A DNA stretch of 64,000 nucleotides from an uncultured Acidobacteriota bacterium. Lineage in GTDB: Bacteria > Acidobacteriota > Thermoanaerobaculia > Multivoradales > UBA5704. The translations under genes and the position numbers were made by a program. Every line of letters begins with the position of its first letter. Positions within the stretch are counted from its first letter, which is position 1. The stretch lies in the NCBI GenBank assembly GCA_963770895.1, contig CAVYRF010000001.1, forward strand, positions 1,056,001 through 1,120,000. Reading direction: 5' to 3'. The notes under the pieces were generated by a model. The model was not told the origin of the DNA. It saw only the letters and a list, made by a program, of their open reading frames with translations, and made no database searches. Below are positions 9,172-19,350 of this stretch, piece by piece.

Positions 9172-10299
9172 TCAGCGGATGGCGGAGTGGATGAGCCAGA
9201 CGAGGATGGCGGGGATGCCTAGCAGGAGGGCGGCCATGATGAGCCAGGCGCTCAGGTAGGCGAAGTTGAGGGTGTAGCCGATGCCGAAGCGCTTTTCCAC
9301 CCAGAGGGCGGGGTCGTCGGGGTTGTAGTAGAAGACGCCTCCTTTCCAGCAGGAGTCGGGGGTGCGGTCGCCGATGGGGGGCGGGACGGAGGCTCCGGGA
9401 TGCGGGGGCGCGGCATGGACCAGGCGCGAGCCGCCCTGGCCCATGCTGGCCAGGATGAGGGCGAAGAGGATGACCAGGATGCCGGAGCCGAGGGTGAGGC
9501 CGACGACCATGGGGGGATTGAGGGGGCGCCAGGTGGGGGTGTCCCAGAGGGGGAGGAAGGCGGCTCCGATGGCGGACAGGGTGGCCTGGTAGGCGGCGGC
9601 GAGCAGGAGCCAGCCGATGGCGCGGCGGAAGCGGCGCTCGGCGTGGCCTGGCGCGCCGGTGACTTGGATGGGGCGTGTGCGGCGCTGCATGAGGAGGGCG
9701 GTGAGCAGGACGGTGGTGGTGATCAGGAGGCCGACCAGCAGGGGGCTGAAGACTCCCATGGTGGTGCGCGACGACCAGCCGTTGGGGCGGCCGTCCAGGC
9801 CCCAGTGGATCGGGTAGCGCTGCGGCAGGGTGTCCCAATGGGTCTGGAGGTAGATCGCGGCGGCGGCCAGCAGGACGTAGGGTCCGAGGTGGAGGCTGCC
9901 GCCTCCGGGCAGGCCGGCGCCGCCACGGGGCGCGATGTCGGCTTCGCGGAGGGTGGTGGGGACGGTGGAGTGGGGCAGGACCCAGTGCCGGGCGCCGGCG
10001 TAGGCGGCGTAACCGCCCAGGATCTGCCAGGCGGTGCCTAGAAGGCTGCCCAGCGGGGCGCTGACGTTGCGCAGGCCGAAGACGATGCCCAGGGCGATCA
10101 GGGTGTTGACGGCGATCCACAGGCGGTAGCGCCGCACGACGCCGCGGCCTTCCGGGGTGGTGCGGAGCCAGGGCTGCACGGTGACCCCGAAGAAGAGATC
10201 GGGGCGGGTGAGGTGGGGGGTGATCCAGGCCATGAGGCCGATGAGGGCTGGGGGGAGGGCCAGCGCCAGGGTGAGGGTGTTGCCTGCGCTCAGGTCCAT
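9172..10299 (-). CDS. DUF1648/DUF5808 membrane protein
   Basis: Multiple TM helices, LFFGVTV, LPQRYPIHWGLDGRPNGW (DUF1648), WKGGVFYYNPDDPALWVEKRFGIGYTLNF (DUF5808). ATG at 10299 overlaps the GntR gene end. Confidence 0.88.
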   Translation of the reverse strand: MDLSAGNTLTLALALPPALIGLMAWITPHLTRPDLFFGVTVQPWLRTTPEGRGVVRRYRLWIAVNTLIALGIVFGLRNVSAPLGSLLGTAWQILGGYAAYAGARHWVLPHSTVPTTLREADIAPRGGAGLPGGGSLHLGPYVLLAAAAIYLQTHWDTLPQRYPIHWGLDGRPNGWSSRTTMGVFSPLLVGLLITTTVLLTALLMQRRTRPIQVTGAPGHAERRFRRAIGWLLLAAAYQATLSAIGAAFLPLWDTPTWRPLNPPMVVGLTLGSGILVILFALILASMGQGGSRLVHAAPPHPGASVPPPIGDRTPDSCWKGGVFYYNPDDPALWVEKRFGIGYTLNFAYLSAWLIMAALLLGIPAILVWLIHSAIR

Positions 10300-10691
10300 C
10301 TGGGGACTCCTTGGCGAAGGGAGGTGGCGGTCTGTTCGAGCTTGCCGGCGACCGTGGCGCGGGGGATTCCGGCGGCGACGGCGTTGGCGATCACGTCTTC
10401 GAGCCGGCGGGCGAAGGTGGCTCCGGCTTCGGGGCCGGGGGACGGCGGCTCGCGCTCCAGGACGGTGGCGCCGCGGCCGCGCCGGAGGTCGAGCCAGCCC
10501 TGGGCGGCCAGTTGGCGGTAGGCCTCGGCGACGGTGTTGTGGTGCACGCCCAGGTCCATCGCCAGCTGGCGCACGGTGGGGAGGTGGGTACCGGGAAGGA
10601 GCTCGCCGGCGACCAGGAGCGCTCGCAGGCCGCTGGCGATCTGCTCGTAGGCCGGGGTCGCGGCGGCCAGGTCGATCCTCAGGCTCGGCAT
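10290..10691 (-). CDS. GntR-family (YtrA/YhcF-like) transcriptional regulator
   Basis: PAYEQIASGLRALLVAGELLPGTHLPTVRQLAMDLGVHHNTVAEAYRQL..GWL..RRGRG; short C-terminal domain; GAGGAGG RBS. Confidence 0.93.
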   Translation of the reverse strand: MPSLRIDLAAATPAYEQIASGLRALLVAGELLPGTHLPTVRQLAMDLGVHHNTVAEAYRQLAAQGWLDLRRGRGATVLEREPPSPGPEAGATFARRLEDVIANAVAAGIPRATVAGKLEQTATSLRQGVPRWT

Positions 10692-10697
10692 CCTCCT

Positions 10698-10730
10698 CAC
10701 TGTACATTGTACACAGACAGCATACAAGTG
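10698..10730. promoter_or_regulatory. Candidate GntR operator
   Basis: TGTACA repeated and a TTGTA-N11-TACAA inverted repeat just upstream of the GntR start. Confidence 0.4.
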
Positions 10731-10882
10731 GCTGCCGGGGCGGAGTCCGCTGCCGGGGCGGAGTGGCCGGGCCGCTCCCGTGGATTGATCGCACTTCGTT
10801 GAATAGGGGAACGCCGGCGGGCAGCGACCTGGCTGGCGCAGTCCTTTTCCTTCAACGATCTTCCGGAGTGGAGGCTTTGGCT

Positions 10883-12148
10883 ATGAGAACCCTTGGCGGT
10901 GCGATGGGTGTGGCAGGTGCGTACGGCGCGGGCGTGGCGGCGCTGGCGGTGGTTTTGGCGGCTGCGTGGACGGCGCCGGCGATGGCGTCGGGCGCGGCGA
11001 CGCCCTACCAGGTCACCGCGACGGTGGCGGTGCAGGATGGGCCTTTGACGCGCACGGAGCTGACGGTGAGCACGGGGAGCGGGCCGCTGGACAGGTTCAA
11101 GATGGTGCGGGTGGCGGCGAGCGACCCCCATGCAAACTTTGTGGGCTCGTTGTTGCTGGTGCCGCCGCTGGGCACGACGTTCAACTTTTACGAGCAGCGC
11201 GACCAGTTCAATACGTTTGGCAGCGCGATGACGGAGTTCTTCGCCTTGCGCGGTTTCGACGTCTATGGCTATTCGCCGCGCTACGAGGGGATCCCGGCGG
11301 GGACTTGCGAGGCGGGCGCCATCGACTGCTCGGCGATGAAGGGGTGGGGGATGCAATCGATCGTGGACGACGTGACGTTCGTCCGCTCGCAGATTTCGGT
11401 GCTGCACCCCGGTGCCAAGGTGGTGATCGGCGGCCTGTCGCTGGGCTGCCTGTCGACGATCTCGGTGGTGAACGCGCATCCCGGCGACTATGTTGGCGCG
11501 GTGACGTGGGAAGGGTTGATGTACAGCGCCAATGCGCAGGTGCGGGCGCTGGACCAGGGGTATTGCTCGGCGTTGCAGGCGCAGCTTGCCGCCAACGTGT
11601 TCTATGACGGCGTGGACGAAAACGTTTTGAAACAGGTGATGGAGCTGTCGCGCGTGACGCCGGGCGGTCTGACGCCGAATCCGCTGTTCCCGCCCAGCTT
11701 GACCAATCACCAGACGATGGTGGCGGCGGTGAGCACGCCGACGCCGGGGCCGGCCAGCATGACGGTGCCCAACGAGATACTGATCGCCGGCGACCTGGCG
11801 CAGGACCGGCTGCTGTTCGCGTCGGAGCCGCGGGTGTACGAAAACGTTTCGCGGTTCACCAGCTATGCGCCGGTGGCGCTGCTGGCGGACGTCACCTGTT
11901 CGATCGCCGGCGAGCAGAGCCAGTTCACCTCCAACCTGGGGCAGTTCAAGGCGCCGCTGCTGGCAATCGGCGGCGGCCACGCCTTCGGGGCTTACATGAG
12001 CGACCAGATCGGGCTCTTCGGTTCGGCGCAGAAAACATTTCTGTTGCAGCCTGATTTCGGCCACGTGGATCACTACATGACGCCGCTGCACCTGCAGTAC
12101 GTCGAAGAACCGATCCTCGCCTTCCTGCTGGGAGTGTTCGCCAGGTAG
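10883..12148 (+). CDS. Secreted alpha/beta-fold hydrolase
   Basis: Signal peptide (…WTAPAMA), RGFDVYGYSPR, nucleophile elbow GLSLG, C-terminal FGHVD. True start at ATG 10883 after GGAGG. Confidence 0.75.
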   Translation: MRTLGGAMGVAGAYGAGVAALAVVLAAAWTAPAMASGAATPYQVTATVAVQDGPLTRTELTVSTGSGPLDRFKMVRVAASDPHANFVGSLLLVPPLGTTFNFYEQRDQFNTFGSAMTEFFALRGFDVYGYSPRYEGIPAGTCEAGAIDCSAMKGWGMQSIVDDVTFVRSQISVLHPGAKVVIGGLSLGCLSTISVVNAHPGDYVGAVTWEGLMYSANAQVRALDQGYCSALQAQLAANVFYDGVDENVLKQVMELSRVTPGGLTPNPLFPPSLTNHQTMVAAVSTPTPGPASMTVPNEILIAGDLAQDRLLFASEPRVYENVSRFTSYAPVALLADVTCSIAGEQSQFTSNLGQFKAPLLAIGGGHAFGAYMSDQIGLFGSAQKTFLLQPDFGHVDHYMTPLHLQYVEEPILAFLLGVFAR

Positions 12149-12215
12149 GGACATGCGCACGGCGGCCGCGGCGCGTGGAGTTGCCGCCGGCCGCCGGGTG
12201 TGATTTTGTACGCGG

Positions 12216-13979
12216 ATGCGACCCTCCGCGCTGGTCCTTGCCGCCGCCTGTTTCGCGGGCTCCGCCTCGCTCGCCGCCGCCGCCGCGCATGCCGACGACC
12301 TGCCGGCCCTGGCGCGTGACATCTGGGCCTGGCGGGCTGTCGGGCAACCGATCAATGCCGACGACATCCCCCGCATCGAGCGGCCGGCCGGTTGGGCGCC
12401 GGACTGGTCGGCGGCGGCGGTGGCCGCGCGGCGCCAGGCGCTGGCCGGCTTCGAGGCGCGCTGGCACGCGCTGGCGGACGCCGGCCGGCCGGTGGCGGCG
12501 CAGGTGGACTATCGGCTGCTCGGGTCGGTGTTGGCGCGCGTGCATTGGGAGCTGGACGCGGTCCGCCTGTGGCGCCGCGACCCCGGCTTCTACGTGGCGC
12601 AGACCCTGGGGGCGCTGGTGGACGCCTTGTTGCCGCCGCCGCCTTTTTCGCCGCCGCGCGGCCGCGACGTGCTGGCGCGCCTGGCGGCGTTCCCGCGCGT
12701 GCTGGCGGACGGCCGCGCCAACCTGGATCGGATCGTGCCGCCCTTCGCCCAGCTGGCCCTGGACAACTTGCAGGACGTCGGGCCGCGCCTCCGCCAGGCG
12801 ATGACGGCGCTGGCGCCGCTGCTGGACGCCGAAAGCCGCGGCCGGCTCGACGGCGCCACGGAGACGGCGGTCGCGGCGCTCGCGTCGTACCGCGCGTGGC
12901 TCGCCTCCACGTCCACTCCCGGCGCAACCTCGACGCCCCCCACCCCCTCGACGCCCTCCGCGCCCTCGACAACCTCCACACCCTCCAGGCCATCCGACAT
13001 CGCGGTCGGCCGCGACGCCTACCTCTTCTATCTCCACAAGGTCGCGCTGCTGCCGTTCACGCCGGAGCAGATCCTGGCCATGGGCCGGCAGGAGTGGGCG
13101 CGCACGGTGGCGGCGGAGGCGTTGGAAAGCCGGCGCAACCGCGGCGTGGCGGAGCTGCCGATCTTCGCCACGCAGCAGGCGCAGATCGACCGCGCCCGCG
13201 TCGATGAGGTGGCCATCCGTGGCTACCTGGACCAGAAAGGCATCCTGACGGTGCCGGCCTGGATGCCGCCCTATGCCTACCGTGCCATGCCGGCGTATCT
13301 CGACCCGCTGGCTGACTTCGGCGAGGGCACCAACTTCCCGTTCACGCCGCAGCCCGGCCAGGAATCGACGCGCTACGTCCCCCGGCCGTCGCCGCGGCTG
13401 GGCTACTTCGCCCTGTCGATGGCGCGGGACCCGCGCGCCGACATGGTGCACGAGGGCATTCCCGGTCACGGCTTCCAGCTCGCCCTGTCGCGCCGGCACG
13501 AGGACCCCATCCGCCGCCATTGGTACGACTCCGGCGCCAACGAGGGCCTGGGCTTCTACGCCGAAGAGATGATGCTGCAGATGGGGCTGTTCGACGACAG
13601 CCCGAAGACGCGGGAGATGATCTGGAACTACGCCCGCCTGCGGGCGCTGCGCGTCGAAGTCGACGTCCGCCTGGCGCTCGGCACCTTCACCATCGACCAG
13701 GCGGCGGACTACCTGCGCACCGCCGTGCCGATGGATGCCGCCACCGCCCACGCCGAAGCGGCGTCGTTTGCCGTCGCTCCCGGCTTTGCCATCGGCTACC
13801 AGATCGGCAAGCTGCAGATCGTCAAGCTGCTGGCCGAAGCCCGCCGCCGCCAGGGCGACGCCTTCGACCTGCGCGCCTTCGACGATTTTGTCTGGCGCAA
13901 CGGCAACGTCCCCCTGGCGCTCCAGGCCTGGGAGCTGCTCGGCCTGCGCGACGACCTGGCAATCCTCGACGGCGACTGA
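12216..13979 (+). CDS. DUF885 family secreted protein (zincin-like)
   Basis: Signal peptide; VHEGIPGHGFQL, EGLGFYAEE, RALRVEVD, PGFAIGYQIGKLQI, FDLRAFDD. Confidence 0.9.
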   Translation: MRPSALVLAAACFAGSASLAAAAAHADDLPALARDIWAWRAVGQPINADDIPRIERPAGWAPDWSAAAVAARRQALAGFEARWHALADAGRPVAAQVDYRLLGSVLARVHWELDAVRLWRRDPGFYVAQTLGALVDALLPPPPFSPPRGRDVLARLAAFPRVLADGRANLDRIVPPFAQLALDNLQDVGPRLRQAMTALAPLLDAESRGRLDGATETAVAALASYRAWLASTSTPGATSTPPTPSTPSAPSTTSTPSRPSDIAVGRDAYLFYLHKVALLPFTPEQILAMGRQEWARTVAAEALESRRNRGVAELPIFATQQAQIDRARVDEVAIRGYLDQKGILTVPAWMPPYAYRAMPAYLDPLADFGEGTNFPFTPQPGQESTRYVPRPSPRLGYFALSMARDPRADMVHEGIPGHGFQLALSRRHEDPIRRHWYDSGANEGLGFYAEEMMLQMGLFDDSPKTREMIWNYARLRALRVEVDVRLALGTFTIDQAADYLRTAVPMDAATAHAEAASFAVAPGFAIGYQIGKLQIVKLLAEARRRQGDAFDLRAFDDFVWRNGNVPLALQAWELLGLRDDLAILDGD

Positions 13980-14104
13980 CCGCGCCACAGCGTCACGGAC
14001 GGGGGCGCGGTCATGGAGCTGTCTCCCCGTCGTAACCGAAATGCCGCTTCCGCCTGGCTATACTGCGCCCGCTCCATCTCACTTGTAAGAAAGGGCTACG
14101 CACG

Positions 14105-15706
14105 ATGACCACGGCGGCACCCACTGCAGCTCCGTCAATTCTGGAAGCAAAACTGGCCAACAGCAAGGCGGGCAAGATCGGCGGCTGGGTCTTCGCCGTG
14201 GGCCTGATCATCGGCCTGCTGTATGCGGGGGCGCATCTCATCGCCGACCTTTCGCACGTGAAGACCTATTCGGCCTTTCCTTTCGTCCTGCTGGGCGTGG
14301 CGCTGCTGATCGCCCTGGCGTTCGAGTTCGTCAACGGCTTCCACGACACCGCCAACGCAGTCGCGACGGTGATCTATACCCACTCGCTGGACCCCCACAT
14401 GGCGGTGGTCTGGTCGGGCGCCTGGAACTTCATCGGCGTCCTGACCTCGACCGGCGTGGTGGCCTTCGGCATCATCTCGCTGCTGCCGGTCGAGCTCATC
14501 CTGCAGGTGGGCAGCGGCTCCGGCTTCGCCATGGTGTTCGCCCTGCTGGTGGCCGCCATCATGTGGAACCTGGGCACCTGGTTTCTGGGCCTGCCCGCCT
14601 CCAGCTCGCACACGCTGATCGGCTCGATCATCGGCGTCGGCATCGCCAACCAGCTGATGGCGCCGCGCACCGGCACCAGCGGTGTCGACTGGGGGCAGGC
14701 CGCCAACATCGGCAAGAGCCTGCTGCTGTCGCCGCTGGTCGGCTTCGTCGCCGCTGCGCTGCTGCTGATGCTGTCCAAGCTGCTGATCCCCAAGCCGGAG
14801 CTGTACGCCGCGCCCAAGGGGACCGAGCCGCCGCCGTTCTGGATCCGCTGCCTGCTCATCCTGACCTGCACCGGCGTCAGCTTCGCCCACGGCTCCAACG
14901 ACGGCCAGAAGGGCATGGGCCTGATCATGCTCATCCTGATCGGCACCGTTCCCACCGCCTACGCCTTGAACCACGCGGTCAGCCCGCGCGACACGCAGGA
15001 CTTCATCGCCGTCTCGGCGACCACCTCGGAAACGCTCAGCCATCACCTGACTCCGGGCGCCAACATCGCCGATCCGCGGGAAGACCTGACCGACTACGTG
15101 CGCACCAAGGAGTTCAAGCCGGCGACCATGCTGGCGCTGCGCCAGATGGTCAACGAAGTCGGCAACGAGATGGCGATCTACAAGGACCTGAAGGCGGTGC
15201 CGCAGGACCAGACGCCCAACTTCCGCAACAACCTCTACCTGGTGAGCGAGGCGATGCGCCTCATGGACAAGTCGGGCAAGCCGGCGTTCTCGGCCGACGA
15301 GAAGGTCGTCCTGGCCAACTACAAGAAGCACGTCGACGAGGCGACCAAGTTCATCCCCACCTGGGTCAAGGTGGCGGTGGCGATCGCGCTCGGCTTGGGC
15401 ACCATGGTGGGCTGGAAGCGCATCGTGGTCACCGTCGGCGAGAAGATCGGCAAGACCCACCTGACCTACGGCCAGGGCGCCGCGGCCGAGCTGGTGGCGA
15501 TGACCACCATCCTGGCGGCCGATCGCTTCGGCCTGCCGGTGAGCACGACACACGTGCTGTCCTCGGGCGTCGCCGGCACCATGGCGGCCAACGGTTCAGG
15601 CCTGCAGTGGAGCACGGTGCGCGCCCTGGCGATGGCCTGGATCCTCACCCTGCCCGCCTCGATCATCCTGTCCGCCTCGCTGTTCTGGCTGTTCCGCCAG
15701 TTCTGA
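14105..15706 (+). CDS. pit: Inorganic phosphate transporter, PiT family
   Basis: NGFHDTANAVAT, GLPASSSH, FAHGSNDGQKGMG, GLPVSTTHVLSSGVAG. Confidence 0.96.
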   Translation: MTTAAPTAAPSILEAKLANSKAGKIGGWVFAVGLIIGLLYAGAHLIADLSHVKTYSAFPFVLLGVALLIALAFEFVNGFHDTANAVATVIYTHSLDPHMAVVWSGAWNFIGVLTSTGVVAFGIISLLPVELILQVGSGSGFAMVFALLVAAIMWNLGTWFLGLPASSSHTLIGSIIGVGIANQLMAPRTGTSGVDWGQAANIGKSLLLSPLVGFVAAALLLMLSKLLIPKPELYAAPKGTEPPPFWIRCLLILTCTGVSFAHGSNDGQKGMGLIMLILIGTVPTAYALNHAVSPRDTQDFIAVSATTSETLSHHLTPGANIADPREDLTDYVRTKEFKPATMLALRQMVNEVGNEMAIYKDLKAVPQDQTPNFRNNLYLVSEAMRLMDKSGKPAFSADEKVVLANYKKHVDEATKFIPTWVKVAVAIALGLGTMVGWKRIVVTVGEKIGKTHLTYGQGAAAELVAMTTILAADRFGLPVSTTHVLSSGVAGTMAANGSGLQWSTVRALAMAWILTLPASIILSASLFWLFRQF

Positions 15707-15768
15707 GGCCGCGGCGGTTGCCGCACCACGGCCCGGCCGGCATGACGGCGCGATAAGCTCGCGCCGTC

Positions 15769-16941
15769 ATGCTCATCGCCGATCTTGCCACCCCCTGCCT
15801 GCTGCTCGAAGAAGCGAAGCTGGACCGCAACCTGGAGCGCCTGCGCCAGCGCCTGGCGGCGCACGGCGGCGTGCGCCTGCGGCCGCACGTCAAAACCGCC
15901 AAGTGCTGGGACGTGGTACGCCGGGCGTTCGGCACCGGCGGCGGTGACGACGGCGGTCTCGCTGCCGGCACCGGCGCCGGCATCACGGTGTCGACGCTCC
16001 AGGAGGCCGAACAGTTCCTGGCGCACGGCGTCACGGACATGATCTACGCCGTCGGGCTGGCTCCCGGCAAGCTCGACGCGGTGGCGGCGCTGCGCCGCCG
16101 CGGCGCCGACCTGGCGGTGCTGCTCGATTCGGTGGCGGCCGCCCAGGCGCTGGCCGCGGCGGGTGCGCGGCACGGCTTGCGCCTGCCGGCGCTGGTCGAG
16201 ATCGACAGCGACGGCCACCGCGCCGGGGTGCGGCCCGGCGATCCTCTCCTCAGTGAAATCGGCCAGGTGCTGGCCGGCTCGCCGCACGCCGAGCTGCGCG
16301 GGGTGCTGACCCATGCCGGCGAGTCCTACAACTGTGCCGACGTCGCATCGATCCGCGCCATGGCCGAGCAGGAGCGGCGGGCGGTGGTGGATGGCGCGGC
16401 GGCGCTCGCCGCGGCCGGCCTGCCGTGTCCGGTCGCGAGCGTCGGGTCGACGCCGACGGCGTTTCTGGGCGACTCGTTTGCCGGCGTGACCGAGGTGCGG
16501 GCCGGGGTCTACATGTTCTTCGACCTGACGATGCTCGGCCTGGGCGTCTGCGCCGTGGGCGACATCGCGATCAGCGTGCTGACCAGCGTCATCGGCCACC
16601 AGCGCGACAAGGGCTGGCTGCTGACCGACGCCGGCTGGATGGCGCTGTCGCGCGACCGCAGCACCGCCGGCCGCCCCTGGGATGCCGGCTACGGCCTGGT
16701 CTGCGACGAACTCGGCCAGCTGCTGCCCGGCTTGCAGGTCGTCGAAACCAATCAGGAGCACGGCATCGTCGCCCGGCCGGGTGGCGGCGCCCCCCTCGAC
16801 CTCGACGCCTGGCCGATCGGCTCCCGCCTGCGCATCCTGCCCAACCACGCCTGCGCCACCGCCGCCCAGCACGCCGCCTACCAGGTGCTGCGCGGCACCC
16901 CCGAGGTGGTGGCGACGTGGCAGCGCTTCGGCGGTTGGTGA
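15769..16941 (+). CDS. Fold-type III PLP enzyme, D-threonine aldolase/D-serine deaminase family (D-threo-3-hydroxyaspartate dehydratase-like)
   Basis: LRPHVKTAK (PLP Lys), ITVSTLQEAE, EIDSDGHRAGV, SVGSTPT, EVRAGVYMFFD, DAGWMALSRD, NQEHG, ILPNHACAT. Confidence 0.9.
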   Translation: MLIADLATPCLLLEEAKLDRNLERLRQRLAAHGGVRLRPHVKTAKCWDVVRRAFGTGGGDDGGLAAGTGAGITVSTLQEAEQFLAHGVTDMIYAVGLAPGKLDAVAALRRRGADLAVLLDSVAAAQALAAAGARHGLRLPALVEIDSDGHRAGVRPGDPLLSEIGQVLAGSPHAELRGVLTHAGESYNCADVASIRAMAEQERRAVVDGAAALAAAGLPCPVASVGSTPTAFLGDSFAGVTEVRAGVYMFFDLTMLGLGVCAVGDIAISVLTSVIGHQRDKGWLLTDAGWMALSRDRSTAGRPWDAGYGLVCDELGQLLPGLQVVETNQEHGIVARPGGGAPLDLDAWPIGSRLRILPNHACATAAQHAAYQVLRGTPEVVATWQRFGGW

Positions 16942-19325
16942 TGCTGCGGGCGGCGCGCGACGCGCATTGGTTCCGCTGGCGCCGCCTGCGCAGGTGGAGC
17001 GCCGGCGCGGCGTCGGCGCTGGGCGCCCTGGTGGTGGCGCTGTGGCTGGCGGACATCTGCGGCGCCGGTGGCGCCGGTGGCGGCAGTGGCGGCGACGCGC
17101 CGACGCGGATGCAGCGGCTGGCGCAAGGGGGGGCGCGGGTGGCGATCGTGGCGCTGCTGGCGGCGGTCGCGGTCTGGGCGGCGGCGGCCCTGGCGGCGCG
17201 GCTCGCCGGCTCGCGGCGGCCTGGCAGCCGCTGGCAGATCGTCGCGGCGCTGGCGCTCCCCGCCGTCCTGGCCGCCTCGTTCGCCGTGCGCTTTGCCGGC
17301 CTCGATTCCGAGGTGAACGGGCGCTACTACCTGGACGAGGGCACCTACTATCACCATGCGACGGAGATCGATGACGGCGAGCCGCTGCCCTACACCTTCG
17401 TCTATCCGCACCTGACCTACTACGCCGACGCCCTGACGCTGTGGGCGGCGGCGCGCTTTCCGGCCGCGGTCGCCGGCGCCGCCCGGCGCTGGCTGGGGCT
17501 CACCGACCCGCTGGCGGTCGCCTGGCTGCTGCTGCGCGGCGTGGTGGCGCTGCTGTCGGCGCTCACCGTGCTGCCGGTCTACGGCATCGCCCGGCGTCTG
17601 GCCGGCGGCGGCCGCCGCACCGGGCTGGCGGCGGCGCTCCTGGCGGCGGCGCTGCTGGTGGTCTCGGACCTCTACAACGAGGGCTCCCACCTCAACACCT
17701 GCGACGTGCCGGCGGCGTTTTTCGCCACCGTCTGCCTGTACTTCGTCACCCGGCTCCTGGACCGCGAGACGGCGCGCGACTACGCGCTGGCCGGGGCGGC
17801 GGCGGGCCTGGCGGGAGCCAGCAAGTACCCGGCGGCGCTGGTGGTGGCGGCGGTGGCGGCGGTGTGGCTCGTCTGGCGGGTGCGGCGGCGCGATTGGAAC
17901 GGCGGCCTGCTGTGGGCGGCCCTGGCCTGCATCGCCGCGGTGCTGGCGGCGATGCCCGCCCTGCTGGCCTACCCGCGGCTCGCCTTCACCGGCTCGCGCG
18001 GCATCTTCTTCGGTGCACGGCAGTACGGCGGCGGCGGCTGGCTGGGGGTGATGCCCGACAGCAACGCCGCCTTTTACGCCGGCCGCCTGGTGGACACCTT
18101 CGGCTGGCCCGCGGTGGCGGCGGGCGCGTCGGGGCTGGTCCTGCTGGCAATCCGCGAGCGCTGGCGTGGCGCGCGCCTGGGGCGCCTGCTGGCGCTGGCC
18201 CCCTTTCCGATCCTGTTCCTGGTCCTGGTCACCTCGATGAACATGGTGGTCAAGCGCAACCTCTACCCGGCGGTGCCGGTGGTGGCAGCCTACCTGGGCG
18301 CCGGCATGGCCCAATGGTTGGGTCTCGCCGCCCGGCGCGCGTCGGCGCGTCGGCGGCCGGCGCCAGGCGCTCCGTTGCCACCGCCTCTCGGCGCCGTGCG
18401 GGCCGGTGGCGGCGCGGCATGGACCCTCGCCGCGGCGGTGCTGCTGGCGGCCACCCTGTGGCTGCCGGCGCGCCTGGTCGCGCTGCAGACCGCGGGCTAC
18501 CTGCGGCCCAGCACGCGCGAGGAGGCCGCGGCGTGGATGCTGGCGCACCTGCCGCAGGGCGCGGCGATCGTCAAGGAGCAGTACACCCCCGATTTCGCGC
18601 CGGGCCGTTTCGCCGTCACCCGCCAGCGGTTTGCCGCGCGCATGTCGCTGGCCGAGCTGCGCGGCGTGCAGAACGACTATCTGCTGCTGTCGAGCGCCGC
18701 CTACGCGCGCTTTGCCGACCCGGACCAGCTGTTCACCGACACCCAGCGCGAGATCGCCGCGCGCTACGCCCAAATCTTCCGCAGCTTTCCGCTGGTGCGC
18801 GAATGGGATCCGGACGACGTGCAGCTGGGCCCCGTGCTGCGCCTGTACCGCCTCGACCCGGCGGCGGACCAGTGCCCGCCGTCGGTGGTGCTGCCGGCGG
18901 CCGACGCGTCGGTGCCGGACGACGCGATGCGGCCGGTGCCGGAGCGGCCGCTGCGCTACCTCGCGGCCGGCCAGTGGAGCCTCTTTCACGTCTGCCTGCC
19001 TGCCGGCCGCTACCAGCTCGACCTGCTCGGCGCGCCGCGTCCGCCGGCGCGCGTGCGGGTGACCGACCCCGCGGGCGCCCTGGTCGACCGCATCGAGCTG
19101 CGGCCGCCGGCCCGCGACGCACCCCCGCCCACGGCCGGCCCGTCGCCGCCATCGCCACCATCCCCGCCGCCGGGCGGACCGGACCCGGCCGCCGCCGGGG
19201 GCGTGCTGACCGTCGCCCGCGCCGGCAAGCTCCTGCTGTACGTCGAGCTCGCGCCCGGCAGCCGCCTGCGCGCGCTCCGCCTGACGCCCGCCGCCCCCGC
19301 CGCCTCCGCCGCCGGGCACAGTTGA
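16941..19325 (+). CDS. ArnT/PMT (GT39/GT83-like) membrane glycosyltransferase
   Basis: YLDEGTY acidic motif after the first TMs, many TM helices, GLAGASKY, soluble C-terminal domain. TGATG overlap with the upstream gene. Confidence 0.8.
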   Translation: MLRAARDAHWFRWRRLRRWSAGAASALGALVVALWLADICGAGGAGGGSGGDAPTRMQRLAQGGARVAIVALLAAVAVWAAAALAARLAGSRRPGSRWQIVAALALPAVLAASFAVRFAGLDSEVNGRYYLDEGTYYHHATEIDDGEPLPYTFVYPHLTYYADALTLWAAARFPAAVAGAARRWLGLTDPLAVAWLLLRGVVALLSALTVLPVYGIARRLAGGGRRTGLAAALLAAALLVVSDLYNEGSHLNTCDVPAAFFATVCLYFVTRLLDRETARDYALAGAAAGLAGASKYPAALVVAAVAAVWLVWRVRRRDWNGGLLWAALACIAAVLAAMPALLAYPRLAFTGSRGIFFGARQYGGGGWLGVMPDSNAAFYAGRLVDTFGWPAVAAGASGLVLLAIRERWRGARLGRLLALAPFPILFLVLVTSMNMVVKRNLYPAVPVVAAYLGAGMAQWLGLAARRASARRRPAPGAPLPPPLGAVRAGGGAAWTLAAAVLLAATLWLPARLVALQTAGYLRPSTREEAAAWMLAHLPQGAAIVKEQYTPDFAPGRFAVTRQRFAARMSLAELRGVQNDYLLLSSAAYARFADPDQLFTDTQREIAARYAQIFRSFPLVREWDPDDVQLGPVLRLYRLDPAADQCPPSVVLPAADASVPDDAMRPVPERPLRYLAAGQWSLFHVCLPAGRYQLDLLGAPRPPARVRVTDPAGALVDRIELRPPARDAPPPTAGPSPPSPPSPPPGGPDPAAAGGVLTVARAGKLLLYVELAPGSRLRALRLTPAAPAASAAGHS

Positions 19326-19350
19326 CAAACCACCATGCGTGGCTGAAGAT
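19322..19350 (+). promoter_or_regulatory. Candidate sigma70 promoter for pksE
   Basis: TTGACA-17 nt-GAAGAT in the intergenic region upstream of pksE; the -10 is weak. Confidence 0.35.

Noticed and set aside
9172-10794. 540-aa ORF as one protein
   Set aside because: The N-terminal part overlaps the GntR gene in another frame; the real protein starts at 10299.
10883-12148. Alpha/beta hydrolase as a substitute PksE thioesterase
   Set aside because: It has a signal peptide, lies more than 7 kb away, and is not hot-dog fold.
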